A stretch of 64,000 bases of DNA, taken from contig OZ249440.1 of NCBI GenBank assembly GCA_965235115.1, positions 8,928,001 to 8,992,000 on the forward strand, read 5' to 3'. Source of the DNA: Laetmonice hystrix. Lineage: Eukaryota. Positions 36,800 through 50,249 of this stretch are shown piece by piece; the stretch's first letter is position 1, and every line of letters starts with the position of its first letter. The notes under the pieces were generated by a model. The model was given only the letters and a program-made list of their open reading frames with translations. It did no database searches and was not told where the DNA came from. The translations under genes were made by a program, and so were the position numbers.

Positions 36800-37570
36800 G
36801 ATGGGGTAGCTCTTCCTTCAGTTGCGAAAGTTGGGTCTATAGTGTTGTTTTCTTAAAATGAGAAAAAAACTGGTTCGGTAAGGTACCGCTAGGTAAGGAG
36901 GGCGTTAAGTTTTGGCAGGTCCATTAAAATCGTTGATGTAACTGAAGGAAGGACTTAGACAGTCTTAATGTCCTTTAATATTAAGGTTACAGAATGGGAA
37001 TCAGTGGTGAGGAAAACCTATTGGAAGTTTACTAATGATCCTTAGGAGGACTTAGTGAACCAAGAATGGCTGGAGGTACGATCATTGTTAGATCCGAAAG
37101 CCTTATGCACATGGGATGACTTTAGTAGGGAGCTCAGTCCCGAGTCCATGTTTGGTCCTAATTTAATCGTATAGAAATCTCCATTGCCTGTAGTCTGGAA
37201 GGCTTTAGTCAGTTTACAAAAGGCTTCACTGCAAACATCTGAGACCGTGGTTTATTAAGAGCGGGCCCTAGTTTTACAGTATCATGAGGGTATTTCGATG
37301 TCACGAGAGTGTGCCCATAAAAATCGTGAAATTATTGCTTGTAACTTATTCAGAACATCATTAGAAGGTAGCGTCACGTGTGTCATTGAGCTTCATAGTC
37401 GGTGTGGGTACTGTAGCGTTTTATTTTAATATTATAGTAATTGGCTTCACGTGGCTGTATTGCATTATTTATGGCAGTGATTTATCAAGATATTTTCCCA
37501 TTGAAGCAACTCCTTTTTTTAATAATGAGGGGAGATTTAGGAAATTTACTTCCCGTGATCTAATTTAGAA
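36800..37570 (-). mobile_element. Decayed L1/Tx1-type ORF2 fragment (post-RT region)
   Basis: Minus-strand NKLQAIISRFLW at ~37314-37350, preceded by RFLG...NFLNL, resembling the L1/Tx1 YLG...I..FLW region. Confidence 0.45.
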
Positions 37571-37599
37571 TAACCCAAGAATCGTAAGGTTACATAGAT

Positions 37600-37914
37600 A
37601 GGGTGCAGGGAAAGTGTGAAAGGGTACAGGGAAAGGGTACACGGAAAGTGTGCATGGAAAGTGCAGGTAAGGGTACAGGGAAAGGGTACAGTGAAAGGGT
37701 TCATGGAAAGTGTACACGGGAAGGGTACAGGGAAAGGGTGCAGGGAAAGTGCGCAGGAAAAGGGTACACGGAAATGGTACACAGAAAGGGTACATGGAAA
37801 GGGTGCATGGAAAGGGTGCATGGAAAGGGTACATGGAAAGGGTACACGGAAAGGGTACATAGAAAGGGTACACGGAAAGGGTACACGGAAAGGGTACATG
37901 GAAAGGGTACATGG
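37600..37914. repeat. 13-bp minisatellite ggaaagggtacac/at, ~24 copies
   Basis: Directly visible; explains the overlapping repetitive ORFs at 37546-38066. Confidence 0.95.
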
Positions 37915-38699
37915 AGGCGAACTTCAGTCAAGGTGTTTCCAAGGGCAGTCGCAGGTAACGGACAGGAAAGGGTAATAAAAGGCGACTGACTGCCTTCATT
38001 GGCTAGGTGCTTTAAAACGCTGGTATTAAAGGGAAGGTACGACGACTTTGGAGTGACGAGTGGCAAGCTGACGGTGTGTAAGACGGTCGGGGTGGGGTTC
38101 AGTGGGTGTGGTGTTAGGGTAATAACTGACCGGGTGGAGCCAGGTAACTACCAGGTACGTCGTCAGGACTCCGGGGTCAGGGGGTGCTCCTCAGTCTGAA
38201 CGGGGCGTGGGGTGTTTTCGTTGATCACCTGAGCCGTGATTCAGTCGGAATAACGGGTAGTGGGTCTGTTACCTTGCAGTGATTCATCAAGGGAGATTAA
38301 AACAGAACAAAAAAATGGTTAAAAGAAAAAAATGAATTAAAATAAAGATTGGTAACGTAAAGTAATGGTGACCCCCCCCCCCCCCCCCCCCAGCAATTCT
38401 TCCTGTACGATAAATTAGGGTCACCAAAATATGTAGAGATGGTTGGTGAAGAATTATGATATGAATTTTTGATTGCCGTAAAGTAAGTTTTGGTAAATCC
38501 TTATGAAATGTTTTTTTTTAAACTAATGTCCAACTTGCTGAGGTTTATTGCGTTACAAAATCATGGTTTAGACCTCCCTGGAAGGTAGCCATTATTAAGC
38601 AGTGTAAACGAGTGTTACCGTGTGTCCCGAATATCATGGGTTGCGTTTGACGGTGAAATTACGGAAATTGCTATCGGTCGGGCCTACTCAACCTAATGA

Positions 38700-39100
38700 T
38701 CAGTTCGACCCAGGAGAATCCTAGTCCAGTGCTGCCCCCGCGGGACAGGCGGGCAAACTGCTCGGTTTGGGGAGAGATTCTGCAGTAACATGCCATGTCT
38801 AGGAGGAGCGAGGGAGGGAGGGAGGGGGGATCTGATTCATTACCTGTGTTAGATATGAATAATAGATGTGGATGTATTATATTTATGGGTATAGCTGCGG
38901 GCTGACAGCCTTGTAGTTTTCCACGGGTTGTTTGCATGATAATAAACGGTAATCCGATGAATACACATAGTATTGGCGCAGAATAGAGCAAGCAAGTCGA
39001 TCGTTCATATAGGCATTGTATGGGCATAATGTTGACACGTAACCCGATATGGGATTTGTCATTTATGCACTCAGGACGGAGGAAGAGGAGGAGGAGGGGG
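38700..39100 (-). mobile_element. Decayed LINE ORF2 fragment
   Basis: Minus-strand HANNPWKT at ~38917-38938, similar to the FPNNKPW.T linker of L2/Rex-type ORF2. Confidence 0.3.
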
Positions 39101-40937
39101 AGGAGGAAAGGGCTGCACGCTCTGACGCTAGGAGTAGTCGTAGTAGTATACATGAAATGGGCGTTTGGTGCAGGTTTTTTTCGGGCGGCTCAGGCTGTAT
39201 GTTTTAATGTGATTATGGAAGGAAAGGGAAGGCGAGTTTATCTGCACTGCTTGTTGGGAGGTTGTTTGTATATCAATTGATGTTAAGGGTTTACTTTGAC
39301 GTTGCCTTTTATACATGAGCTTCTAATGGGTTCTGAGATGTTATCAACAAAATGCCACTTCGGCATGAGCTGAAGATATCAACCGCAAGTTTTACATTCA
39401 GGGATCAACTTCATTTCAAGCTGTTTTCGATAGCATAATTGCATCAGAGAAAAAACCTTAACACACTCTCAGTACCGCAGGCACGAGGCCCTAATAGACT
39501 GTGCAGTTCATGAAAACAAATTAAGCTCCAACATAAAAGAAGGTGTGCGTGTACTGAGTTTATATTCTGGAATGGTTATGAAAGTAAAATGGAATCTAAA
39601 AAAAGTAATTATAAAGGGGTAGGCAATGTACCTATGTTTAGTTGACAAAGTCACAGAGCACTAAAACAGCCATAATCCTGTCTGAATCTTGTCACATTTG
39701 ATGTTGACGGTGAATTCCATTCAGACGCTGTTCCACAGATAAGAAGTGTAGCTATGATATTAAATATCAAAGCATAGTCATATTCGTGTCTAGATTAAAC
39801 TCTGAGGGATAGAATTTGAAATTTTAGATGAGATATAATAGAAATAGATATAATATTTTGCCCCCCAGAAAATAAGCATGATTTAAATTTAATTGAACGG
39901 CTTTTTGCGCTGACAAGCATTGATGATGGGGGTGGGGATAATTTCTACATCAGTCCATTGACAGTTGTTAACATCACATCACTTGGATGGCTGAAGATAG
40001 AAGGAATCTAAATGTCAGACACGCCTGGGGTCCCGGTAATACAGGTGGGATTTTCTCGGAGCCATTACAGTAGATCTTAAACGTATCATGAAAAAATAGC
40101 CAGAAGGTGACTATGGCAACGGCATCACCCTGGTTGCTTCATTATCATGCAGATAGATCACGTCGTAGGATTAAAAAGTCTGCTAGCCTCCATGGAATTA
40201 AGGCTCGTTCCAAAAACAATTGATGGCCATTGCTTTCAGGTGACTTAAGAAGTTAAGTGCCGCGGGGCATCATGCACATTGAAAGGTTTGAGCAGGTCAA
40301 AATGTTCTCATCTGTAGGTGAGTTTGTATTTACACTGTGCACAGTAACACTGCAAAGTTTTAGTATTAGTTACGCTTTTAAAATCTGATCATCGTATTAG
40401 CACAACGCCTCCTGTGGACTTGTCAGGTCGCTATCTGATGCTCATACATTCTGATAATAATTTGGTTCTGGGAATTCTTAAATACAAAGTGTATAAGTGC
40501 GTCATGCTAGAGATAGTAGAACAGGTTGAAATAGAAGTCGACCGACTACATGTAGTTTTATTTTGTAATTGGAGGGGGGGGGGGGGGGTTGATGTATAAT
40601 TTTTTAAATACTGGAGCTAGCCACCATCACCGTTGGCGACGCCCTCAACTGGGCACGAAACGTAACATTATATTCATTTGGCTATATCTTGAATATCAGA
40701 CGAGACGGTCCCGACGACTAACAAGTCGCCTTGAGCGATAGCCGAGGCAATGGTGACTAAATCGTAGCAGCGTCAAACGTAATGCGCTCAAGAATGGTAA
40801 TAGATTCTCGCCGTATTAACACCGGCCCAGCTGAGTTGTGTTATGATGAAGCTGCCATGATTGTGGTATCGGAATGCCTGCAGGAACGAGACAGGGGGAA
40901 TGTTAGAGTAGGGACGGGAGCACTCGGTCACGTCGTT

Positions 40938-41020
40938 GCTGTGACGTGACGGTGGTTGTGACGTGATGTGACGTGACGTGACGTGACGTGATGTGACGTG
41001 ACGGTGGTTGTCACGTCAGG
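40938..41020. repeat. (GTGAC)n pentanucleotide microsatellite
   Basis: Directly visible. Confidence 0.9.
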
Positions 41021-41999
41021 GTGGTGACACTGTGGCTGTACCGGTACTGATACAACATCACTGTGGCACACGGTACATGTCGATATCGTAGAGATATCAC
41101 AAGTACGGGAATGGAACCGTATATACGTACACTTATAGTGCAAAGAATTGCGTGTCTTTTGGTAGTGCTAGCTTGGAAGAACGTGAAGCGTATGTTATTA
41201 CGTCATTCACTATATATAGCAAGGCTGGCGGATTCTGAACATGCCATTGGATTGCTAGAGGCCTAACAAACTGAAACTGTATTACGATGGGGTAAACGTA
41301 TTGTGACGTACTGTTAGCGCTATATGGGCCCATAGGGCGTAGGGTTTGAAATAGCAAACCAGAGATTTGGCTGCATTTAGGATACTGATTTAGGAGAGAG
41401 AGAGAAAGCGTCACTGCATGGGGCTTGTCTATTGTGGTGCTCTGGCTGCAGTTAATGAACATATAGCACAACGTGTTCTCTCGCAAATCGGTGTTATTTG
41501 TTCACTGAAGCAGTTTTCAGTTACATTGTCTTCTGAGACAATTGTAGTTTATAAAGGCCCAGGATATTATATATCTTAGCAGAACAATGCATTCCATTAT
41601 ATGACGTTTCACAAGCAATGTGTTGCCCCCTTTCAATGAAATACAAGTTGGATTTGAAATACGGCTTGCAGTCGGTGGTTGTTTGTTGTGGGAAGTGATG
41701 ACTAGCGCAGCCTTACATCAGTATTATCCTAAGCAGCGGCTTCCACTGAAGGATTGCCTCGATGCCTAGAAGATACGTGTTATAGCAGAGAGCCCTGCTT
41801 TCTATGGCAGCCTAATTCAATGAAAGCGTTTTGCAAATAAAGTGCCTGCAAATTAAAGGTCGTTTTGCAAGCATTGACTGACTCCATTAGCCTGGCGTTT
41901 TAATCCGGGACTGCGGGGGGTTGTATTTAGAGAGGCCTACGATTGGAGGAAAAAAGCCGCTATAGGCTTGGGGAGACGATGGCGTGGTTCAATTTGGGA

Positions 42000-43650
42000 A
42001 ATGAAATGTCGGCGTGTGTGTTATTCGTAAGCCGAGTGCTGGCATCTCAGAGCCGTACAAAGCAACATGAGAGGAAATTATTTGAGTGGCCCTCTCTCCC
42101 CCTCCCCCTGGAGCACCCACCCCCTCCCAGTAGACGTGACCCCGAGGTCGCCCGTCGTGTACAGTCGTGTAGAATGCTTTCATTGGAAACACTACAATGT
42201 AGTAGAACCATGAACATATCGTGAACACCTTGGTTAACTGTTGATACCATGTGGTGTATCTATGAGATACAACGTAGTATCTAGCACACACGGAAATCTG
42301 GGGTCTTTCGATTCGATTTTCACAGTAAAAAACAAAACAAAAAAACACAACCGCATCTGGTAAGACAGGAGTTGGGGTCCAAAATAGTAGTATATCAAAA
42401 ACAAGACAGGAGTTGGGGTCCAAAATAGTAGTATATCAAAAACAAGACAGGAGTTGGGGTCCAAAATAGTAGTATATCAAAAACAAGACAGGAGTTGGGG
42501 TCCAAAATAGTAGTATATCAAAAACAAGACAGGAGTTGGGGTCCAAAATAGTAGTATATCAAAAACAAGACAGGAGTTGGGGTCCAAAATAGTAGTATAT
42601 CAAAAACAGGATGTCGTTTCAAGATTGAACTCTGTTTTGTAGACATGCTGTCGGATAGGATGAATTGATAACAGAAGCCACAGACTGAGAGAGGATGGTC
42701 GGGTCGTCCCTTGGGAGAGTCTCCTCTGGAGATCAAACAGGACGGCCGTTTGGGTCGCAATATGTTTTCTTCGGCTACAGTGACCCATGGTTTGATCGAG
42801 TCTCTCATGAGAAATCTCAGAAAACATGCACTTTACGATGCAAACTTGATTAGGGGCGTCGATTTAAGTAGATTTTAGAATCAAGGCAACATGGACTGAT
42901 ATTGCTCTAGCCCAAAGCGCAGCAGTGGTTTGAATTCGGTTCTAACTTAAAAGAGGATTGTGCCAATGTTTGAAGGTTGGCGACCCAGTTACGTACGGGC
43001 GGAGGTAGTCAGCGGCAGATGGTGGTTGGTGAGGGGAAGATGACCGAGGTGAGGCAGGATCGGTGATCTGTTAATTGGGTCTGCCAGGGACAGGTTAGCG
43101 AACACCTGAAGTCCCCACTCACTGTCCACAGCTGCCCGCTCCTGTCCACCTAGGCCAAGATGGTCTGGGCCCCACCTCTCCAAACAACACCATCCTGGAG
43201 CGGTCTAGGTTTGCTCACTAAGGAAATGAACATCCGTGTCATGGCAGGGATTGTGCGGTGAGGCTGGAAATGAGGCTGCTCATTTGGATGCGGGGGTGCG
43301 CCCTATTGGTGGGTCTTTATTCCTCGCCAGTAGGAGGTGTCATCAGTATTTAGGCCGGCGGAGATGGAGGTGCCCAGTTATGGTTGGGGGGTCAGGTGTA
43401 CACGTTTGGGGGTCCATCGATATCTGGGCAGAGTTAGTGGGGGGGGGGGGGGGGGGGCACGCATACAGCCAGCTTTCAGATAGCACTCTTAGTTAATGGC
43501 GCGATCATGTGGTCATTTGGTTAAGAAAGTGACAGGCCGAGTGTTTATTGTCACTGCAGCAGGAGTAGGCAGTTTAAGCTGTGTCGTTATAGACGGGAAG
43601 CAGGAGGCAGTTAGGGTGACTACATGAATGAACTATTGGAGGACATTGCT
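42000..43650 (-). mobile_element. Decayed L2/CR1/Rex-type LINE ORF2 (APE endonuclease and linker)
   Basis: Collinear minus-strand motifs in the expected order: VTINTRPV (~43540, APE start), VSGDFRC (~43110), IKPWVT (42780-42796), KIESKD (42303-42320); frameshifted. Confidence 0.55.
42362..42608. repeat. 41-bp minisatellite aagacaggagttggggtccaaaatagtagtatatcaaaaac, 6 near-identical copies
   Basis: Directly visible; lies within the LINE remnant. Confidence 0.97.
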
Positions 43651-45999
43651 CAAACCAGGCCGGTTTCTCTTCTCTGCCTCCCAGCCTTCCCCATGCTCCC
43701 TCCCGCCAACAGTGACCTGCATCGCTCCATCCTCAACCAGTATCTTCTCAAACTGTCAGCGGCAGGCAGGCAGTTGAGCTGGTCAGTCCAGGGATGACCA
43801 GTCCATGGATGACCGTCCTCACGCTATTGCTGGACCTGGAGGCTCCTGAACCCAACACCGTCCCCTAAACAGCGCTGTTTGCTTATCCAACCTTATCCAA
43901 CCTGATAAGGTTGATAAAGTCTCAGGTTCACCCCCCCCCCCCCACCCCACCCCACCCCACCCCACCCACGCCCCTCTCACATATCACCCCCCTGCCCCAC
44001 CCCTGCCGCCAGCAAAGTGTAGTTTATGGACCAGCCACAATTGACAATGCATTCAGGGTTTTATATGGGTACGCCTTGCACCATTAACCCTCAGATCTCC
44101 ACCGCCCCGTCATACAGCGCCATTCATCCCAGACAGCCAGACGCTTTAATAAAAATACAGGCGGCCGCTGGATCGTTGGCCGATAATCAGGCAGTTATGA
44201 TAATCCCATTCCAAGATATTGGGAATAAAGGAGTGGGACGTAAGACGCATTAATCCGCTGAGGACACCGCCGGGTCGTATCTCTTTAGGTGCTCGCCTAG
44301 CTCTGCGCTGCTCTGCTGCAGCACACTTTTTTTTTAAATTCTTTGAAAAAGGTCCAGTGTGTCTGGGAGTTGTTTTTTTTATGGATATTTTTTTTCCCGG
44401 TTCAAGTTATAGACGGGGCACTTGCGAGTGGATTGCCACTGAGACCTCGCATAGAACCGGGTGGAACTTATGATCTTTAGTGATGATTGATTGAGATGTA
44501 AGAGTGTTTTTTATGAGCTTCGCAACCTGAATTAATCCTCATAAGTGAACCTCGGTGGAAACCTATGGTATATTGCCGCTAAGTCTGGTGGCATGTTGGG
44601 GACTCCACCTTCCAGGATGAGGGGGGTTACCGGCATAGATTGTTTTTACCGACCCCCTGGTTGGATGTGTGGAGAGGATTGTCAAGGAGTGTTGGTGTGG
44701 TATGGGCTGTGACTTATCCTGGCCCTGTGAGTAAACCGTGGGTCTGTGGTTGAATGGACAGGCGGTGATGGGGTATGTGGGCGGGGTAGACATAGGATGT
44801 CATGGGTGTAAAAACTGATCCATGTTAAAGGACTCTTACAGGGCTGAGACAGCAGTGTGATATCGACTCTCTCTCTGCCCAGTGACACTGACCGACATCC
44901 AAGCTTGACACAGCAGCTGAGGCAAGGCCCGCTCCTACCTTCCGACCCCCCCCCCCCCCCCCACCACCACCACCACCACCACCTCCTGGCACTCATAGGT
45001 CGATCGGCAATGGAACCGCTACACCCCACTGTAGGTCCATCGACAGGGTTCCCGTGGCCCACCTTTGGCCCACTCGTAAGTGCATCTTTTCAGGGTTCTC
45101 CCGTTCCCTTCAGAGCTTTCTTTCTCCAGTTCCACAAGGCACTGATGCCTTGAAGGGCAATCGGGAAATTAGCCAACCATGCCTCCAGAAAGACCCCCCC
45201 CCCCCCCACCACCACCACCTAAAGAACAAACCAAACGGTACTATGGGGGCTGAGTTTGCTAGCCATAGACCTCATTGCGCACGGATGATGGCATGGAGTT
45301 TATGAAGTCTGGGGAGGGAAGGACATGGCTGTCTCATGTCTGTGTCACCCAACTGTTTTCCATCTGTTCATTACTTCAGTGGGTGTTGGTAATAGCAGCA
45401 GGCTTCGTGCCACGTGCGACATGCTGAGTGGAAGCAGACTTGTCAATAACACGTCAGGGAACGTAATTGCTCATGAAGCGCCGTGTATTGAACGCAGCAG
45501 AAATCAAATGAAACAAGAAATAGGAGCGATTCCTATGATTATATGTCGATTGCGCTGATGTAGCGAATGGGGATGCAATAACGGGAGATTCGCCATCAGG
45601 GCCTTCATGTAAACTTTGATACTTAGCGGGGGCGGGTTATCAAATTGTGACGTTAGAATCGTCCATCATCGTGTGGGACGTGAGAAACTTGAGGTTTCTG
45701 ACTGCATGTCTGTCCTTTGACCGATACAGATAATAATAGAGAGGGCTGATTCAGGGTGTTGCCGAGAGAGGGCGTGGTAGAAGTGGAAGAAGTGATTGTA
45801 TTGAGGATGAGGCGCCAATGAGGGCGCTGTCTCTGACAGTCTGATGTGGCTGTCATTGTACCACTGGGCCGACGTACATGTCTCTGGCAATATAAAAACC
45901 TGGATCTTATGACAGAAGATTCTTTTCCTATATATGTAATAATGTGCCAGCCATTCCCTTTTATAGAGTTATGTGACGTGCAGGATGATTAGAGGCTGA

Positions 46000-46650
46000 C
46001 ACTGTAACCTTGCTGCTTTTCCTATAGAGCAGGGGAAAGGTCATGCACCCTTTTATAGTACCATGCCTTGGAAGTGTGACGTTGGATGCGGTGAGACAGT
46101 CTCACTAGATTCTTGAAGCACTTCAATGACTGAGTGACTGAGGTATAAGGAGGGTGGTGTAAGAAGGGGGCATCGGTGGTTGACCAGTCTGTATCCATGG
46201 CACGTGTCAGAGAACATGAATGCCTCATCGCCAATTAATGTCCTCGTTTATAATACAGGTAGGTTGACTGCCTTTTGAGCTCCTTTGTACCTGCGTCAGG
46301 GCGAGGTACGGTAGAAGCAGGTAGAGTTGAGATCTTTAGCCCTGTATCTGGCTACGTACCAAACCAATAGGCAGATAGCAGGAGACTGGGAGGGTAGCAT
46401 ACATAGTACCAGGCCGCAGGTCGTGCCAATGTTTTTCTTACACCACCCCTCTGTGTCTCTGTCTCTCTTCCTCTTCCGGCAGTGTTGGCATGTATGGCTA
46501 TGAGACGACAGATTTATTGATACGTCTAGGGTGCCCCACCTAGTCTTCTGAGGCCGTTGATTAAACGTCTTGCTGTATCTTCTTATTCTACAAAGACCGA
46601 TGATTCGGTTTATATCTTTGTACCTTGCCAAATGAGTATCTTTCTTTTAT
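46000..46650 (-). mobile_element. Decayed LINE APE endonuclease fragment
   Basis: Minus-strand GRGRETETQRGGV (~46441-46480) followed by CIINEDIN, resembling R.DR...GGGV and I.GDFN. Confidence 0.3.
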
Positions 46651-48063
46651 TGAGCAAAGGTTTGTTACCAGTTGGCAGAGAAAAACTAGCAAGCAAGCAT
46701 GAAGGTGGAAACCTTTGCTGAATGTTACCAGTGTTGGTGCTGTTAGTAGATGAAGGTTAGTGACCTCAGTGCCATCGTGTCATCCTCCAGGTCCTGAGAT
46801 TCTGACCAGTTTCTGACAGTTGTCACGTTAAGTATAACACGCTGAGAACCAGGCGGTGACCAGACAGTGTTTTATGAGAGGAGCCGGTGGTCTGGGTGAG
46901 GAGACAATGACTGACCTGGCTGACCCACCGATCGCAATCCCGACAGGTCTGTGGCCCCCTGGTGGCGGGAGTGGCCGCCGTCACTGCCGCCGCAACAAGA
47001 CGTACATCAGCAGTCAACGCGCCTTGGGGATCTCCGACACCCCTCATTGCCCCCCCCCCCCCTCCACCCGTTTCCCAAAGTGACGAATGAACAACTCGCC
47101 ATCAAGGTCACTATTGTTTTTTTTTACCATGCCATTAAATATGTTTTTTTATCATATTTAATAGAGTATTAGGTTTGCTAAGCTCATTCTCATGGCAGGC
47201 CCTCATGGCGTAGATGACACTTTGATCGGCCATGAGCAGTTTTCTTCAGCAGGAATGAAATCGGGAGTGGGCGACGACGAGGAACTCTTAGTGTCTGGAG
47301 AGGCCATCGTAGGAGAGATAGACATGTTTTTAAGGGATGTAGGTTGTATCAATGCACGGGTGGTTAGACCCTGCCTACATCCCGGTAGGCATTGGTCGGC
47401 ATGGTTTTCTGCCAAAATAATTAAAAGTGAATGGCACTACAGTGGCAGGTTTGACTACATCTGAACAGTGAACGCCCATGTGTCGGAATTAGGAGTTTAA
47501 TCACTACAATCCTTGAAGCGTCCTTTGCCGCAGAATTTTAAATTTCCAACGTCTGTGTCATTTGTTTGCTAATCTGCCCAAACATCGGCAAGGAGGGCAG
47601 TTATGATACAGATAATAAATCAGTCTGTGCCCTGAGAGTTGTGTGTGAACTGCTCAGTTTGTCGTGTTTGGAGAGTTTTTCTACGTATAGAAAGCTCATC
47701 TTCTCCGCCTGTGTGTATTTTTCATGGAGCTCCAGTTGTCTTTGAATGTCTCCATTGCATGTTGCATGTAATATGCATTGTTGTGTTGTCGATGGTATAG
47801 ACGCTGCTGGCAGCGGTACAAGCCTAGGCTCCAGCTACCCCCTCCTCCTCCGCCAACCCCCAGCCAAACACGCGATTCCGTACCTAGTGAAATACAGATG
47901 TAAAATTCATGACGACATGGATCATACTTGACGGAGTCGTAGCGCGGAGTTTCCTTGAGTGAGTTGGTTGAAGACTTAACGTGGTTCGACGCATGAGGCT
48001 GAGAATGATAAGGTTGATGAAGTCTCAACTGACCGTCTCAATACAGGTGTGTTTGTGAAGTCG

Positions 48064-48692
48064 GCCTTGAATTGGTTGGTCCAATACAGGCATGGTTAGA
48101 TTGCTGGACAGCCTTGAATTGGTTGGTCTAATCCAGGCATGGTTAGAGAGCTGGACAGCCTTGAGTTGGTTGGTCCCATACAGGCATGGTCAGATTGCTG
48201 GATAGCCTTAAGTTGGTTGGTCCAATAAAGGCATGGTTAGAGGGCTGGACAGCCTTGAATTGGTTGGTCTAATACAGGCATGGTTAGGGGGCTGGACAGC
48301 CTTGAGTTGGTTGGTCCAATACAGGCATGGTTAGATTGCTGGACAGCCTTGAGATGGTTGGTCTAATACAGGCATGGTTAGATTGCTGGACAGCCTTGAG
48401 TTGGTTGGTCCAATACAGGCATGGTTAGATTGCTGGACAGCCTTGAGTTGGTTGGTCCAATACAGGCATGGTTAGAGGGCTGGACAGCCTTGAGTTGGTT
48501 GGTCCAATACAGGCATGGTTAGAGGGCTGGACAGCCTTGAATTGGTTGGTCCAATGCAGGCATGGTTAGATTGCTGGACAGCCTTGAGATGGTTGGTCTA
48601 ATACAGGCATGGATAGATTGCTGGACAGCCTTGAGTTGGTTGGTCCAATGCAGACATGGTCAGAGGGCTGGACAGCTTGAATTGGTTGGTCC
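48064..48692. repeat. 47-bp minisatellite cagccttgagttggttggtccaatacaggcatggttagattgctgga, ~13 copies
   Basis: Directly visible; period of 47 confirmed (48064 to 48111). Confidence 0.97.
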
Positions 48693-49976
48693 AGTACACT
48701 TTTTCCAGGCATAGAAACAGGTCTGGTGAGCCCTCCACTGGCAATGGGAGTTCTTTGAACAACCAATATAATGACTAGGGAAGGACTAACAATGCACGTA
48801 TAATATCGATGTTGAGTGACAGGTGCTTGGATCTGATTACATATGAAAGTATACAGGAATCAGCTGAAAACATATTGATGGCATGTTAAAGTCGCTTAAC
48901 TTTCTGTTCTGAATAGCTTCAATACAGCAGGTCTCTGATCCGGGTCCGTGAATGGAAATAATTTTCCAGTTGGATCAATAGATCCTAGGTTATGTCAATA
49001 GTAGGCTGTAGGATGTTTGTTACATGATTAGAATAATATTCCCACGAATTGGCTGGCTCCTTTTTTTGGTAGGTATGTATGACAAATGCCAACATATACG
49101 TACAGATGCCAGGCCCTGACATGCCGCTGTATCAGTAGTCAGGGACTGACTTGATCAGCTTTAATGCAATTTGCGGTTGAAGAGAATTTTTGTTAAGACA
49201 GCAAGGGAGGGACGGAATGGTCGGCCTGGAGTACAGACACGGCTGCAAAACCGAACGAAACCGGCAGGGAATAGGAGGCCACTAAAGCCTCAAAAAGCCT
49301 ACACTGATTGAATGCAACGTTCGGGCCATTAAGAACATGATCGCCTTTTTCTGGCTAAGAACCCGATGCAAATTGGAAGCGAGAGAAATTGAGTGCCCTA
49401 GCCTGCTCCCGTTCCTCCCAGGAGATCCATGGCTTCGTCTTTGTGGTCCCCCTTAAAGCATCTATGAAAGATTAGCCCAAATTCAATTTGTAACTGAAAT
49501 GACGGACTTTTTTTCAAACTTTTGTTTCTTCTATTCTTTATTGCAAGTTTCGGCGGGCACCCGTCCGTAGTATTGCAGTGTAGTCAAGTGACGACGATTG
49601 ACGGCAAGGAGACTGGGAATAAACAATATGAGACTTGCATTAAGCATGTCTAAAATCGGGAGAACGGCCCAGCAACTGGCAGTGGGAGTATCAATAACAG
49701 GTCCCTTGTAGTGGTCCTATTTTCCAGCGGAGAAGTGTAGAGTGGAATACCTTGAGACTTGTTGAACCGTTGGAGTCTTGGTTGATTGTTTGTAATATTT
49801 GGTTTATTTAGTAGGCGACAGGCTGAATGGTGGATGATGCATTGGGATCGGAGTCAGATGCCAGATAGCTAAAGTGACTAATTTTGGCGGTTACTTCAAG
49901 TGTTTGGAAGTAGGTTAAGCACGAGGGCAGAAAGAACCAAAGTATCCAGTGAAGTGATTTGTTCAAATTGCGGTAT

Positions 49977-50249
49977 GAGTTGAATCTGTGAATTCAATAA
50001 GGGCCCAGCTCCATGTGACAACATTTTCTACACGGTCAGTTCAAGAAAGGCACTACTCCAGGAGTTGGGCCTTTCTTGAACTCACCGTGTCAAGTAGGGT
50101 ATATTAAGAATAACCTCATTTAATGCTGGAAGTTGGGACCTTCTTGTACACAAACTAAAACTTTGTCACCTAAAGAGCCCATATCATGCAAAACATGACT
50201 TTCGAAAGAAGGTGGACTTTGGCCCTTAGTGAATTCACCGATTCAATTC
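49977..50249. mobile_element. ~273-bp MITE with ~29-bp TIRs and an internal 61-bp palindrome
   Basis: gagttgaatctgtgaattcaataagggcc versus reverse complement gaattgaatcggtgaattcactaagggcc; internal arms at 50030-50051 and 50069-50090; TSD unclear. Confidence 0.7.

Noticed and set aside
37546-38066. Overlapping 115-128-aa ORFs
   Set aside because: Artefacts of the 13-bp repeat.
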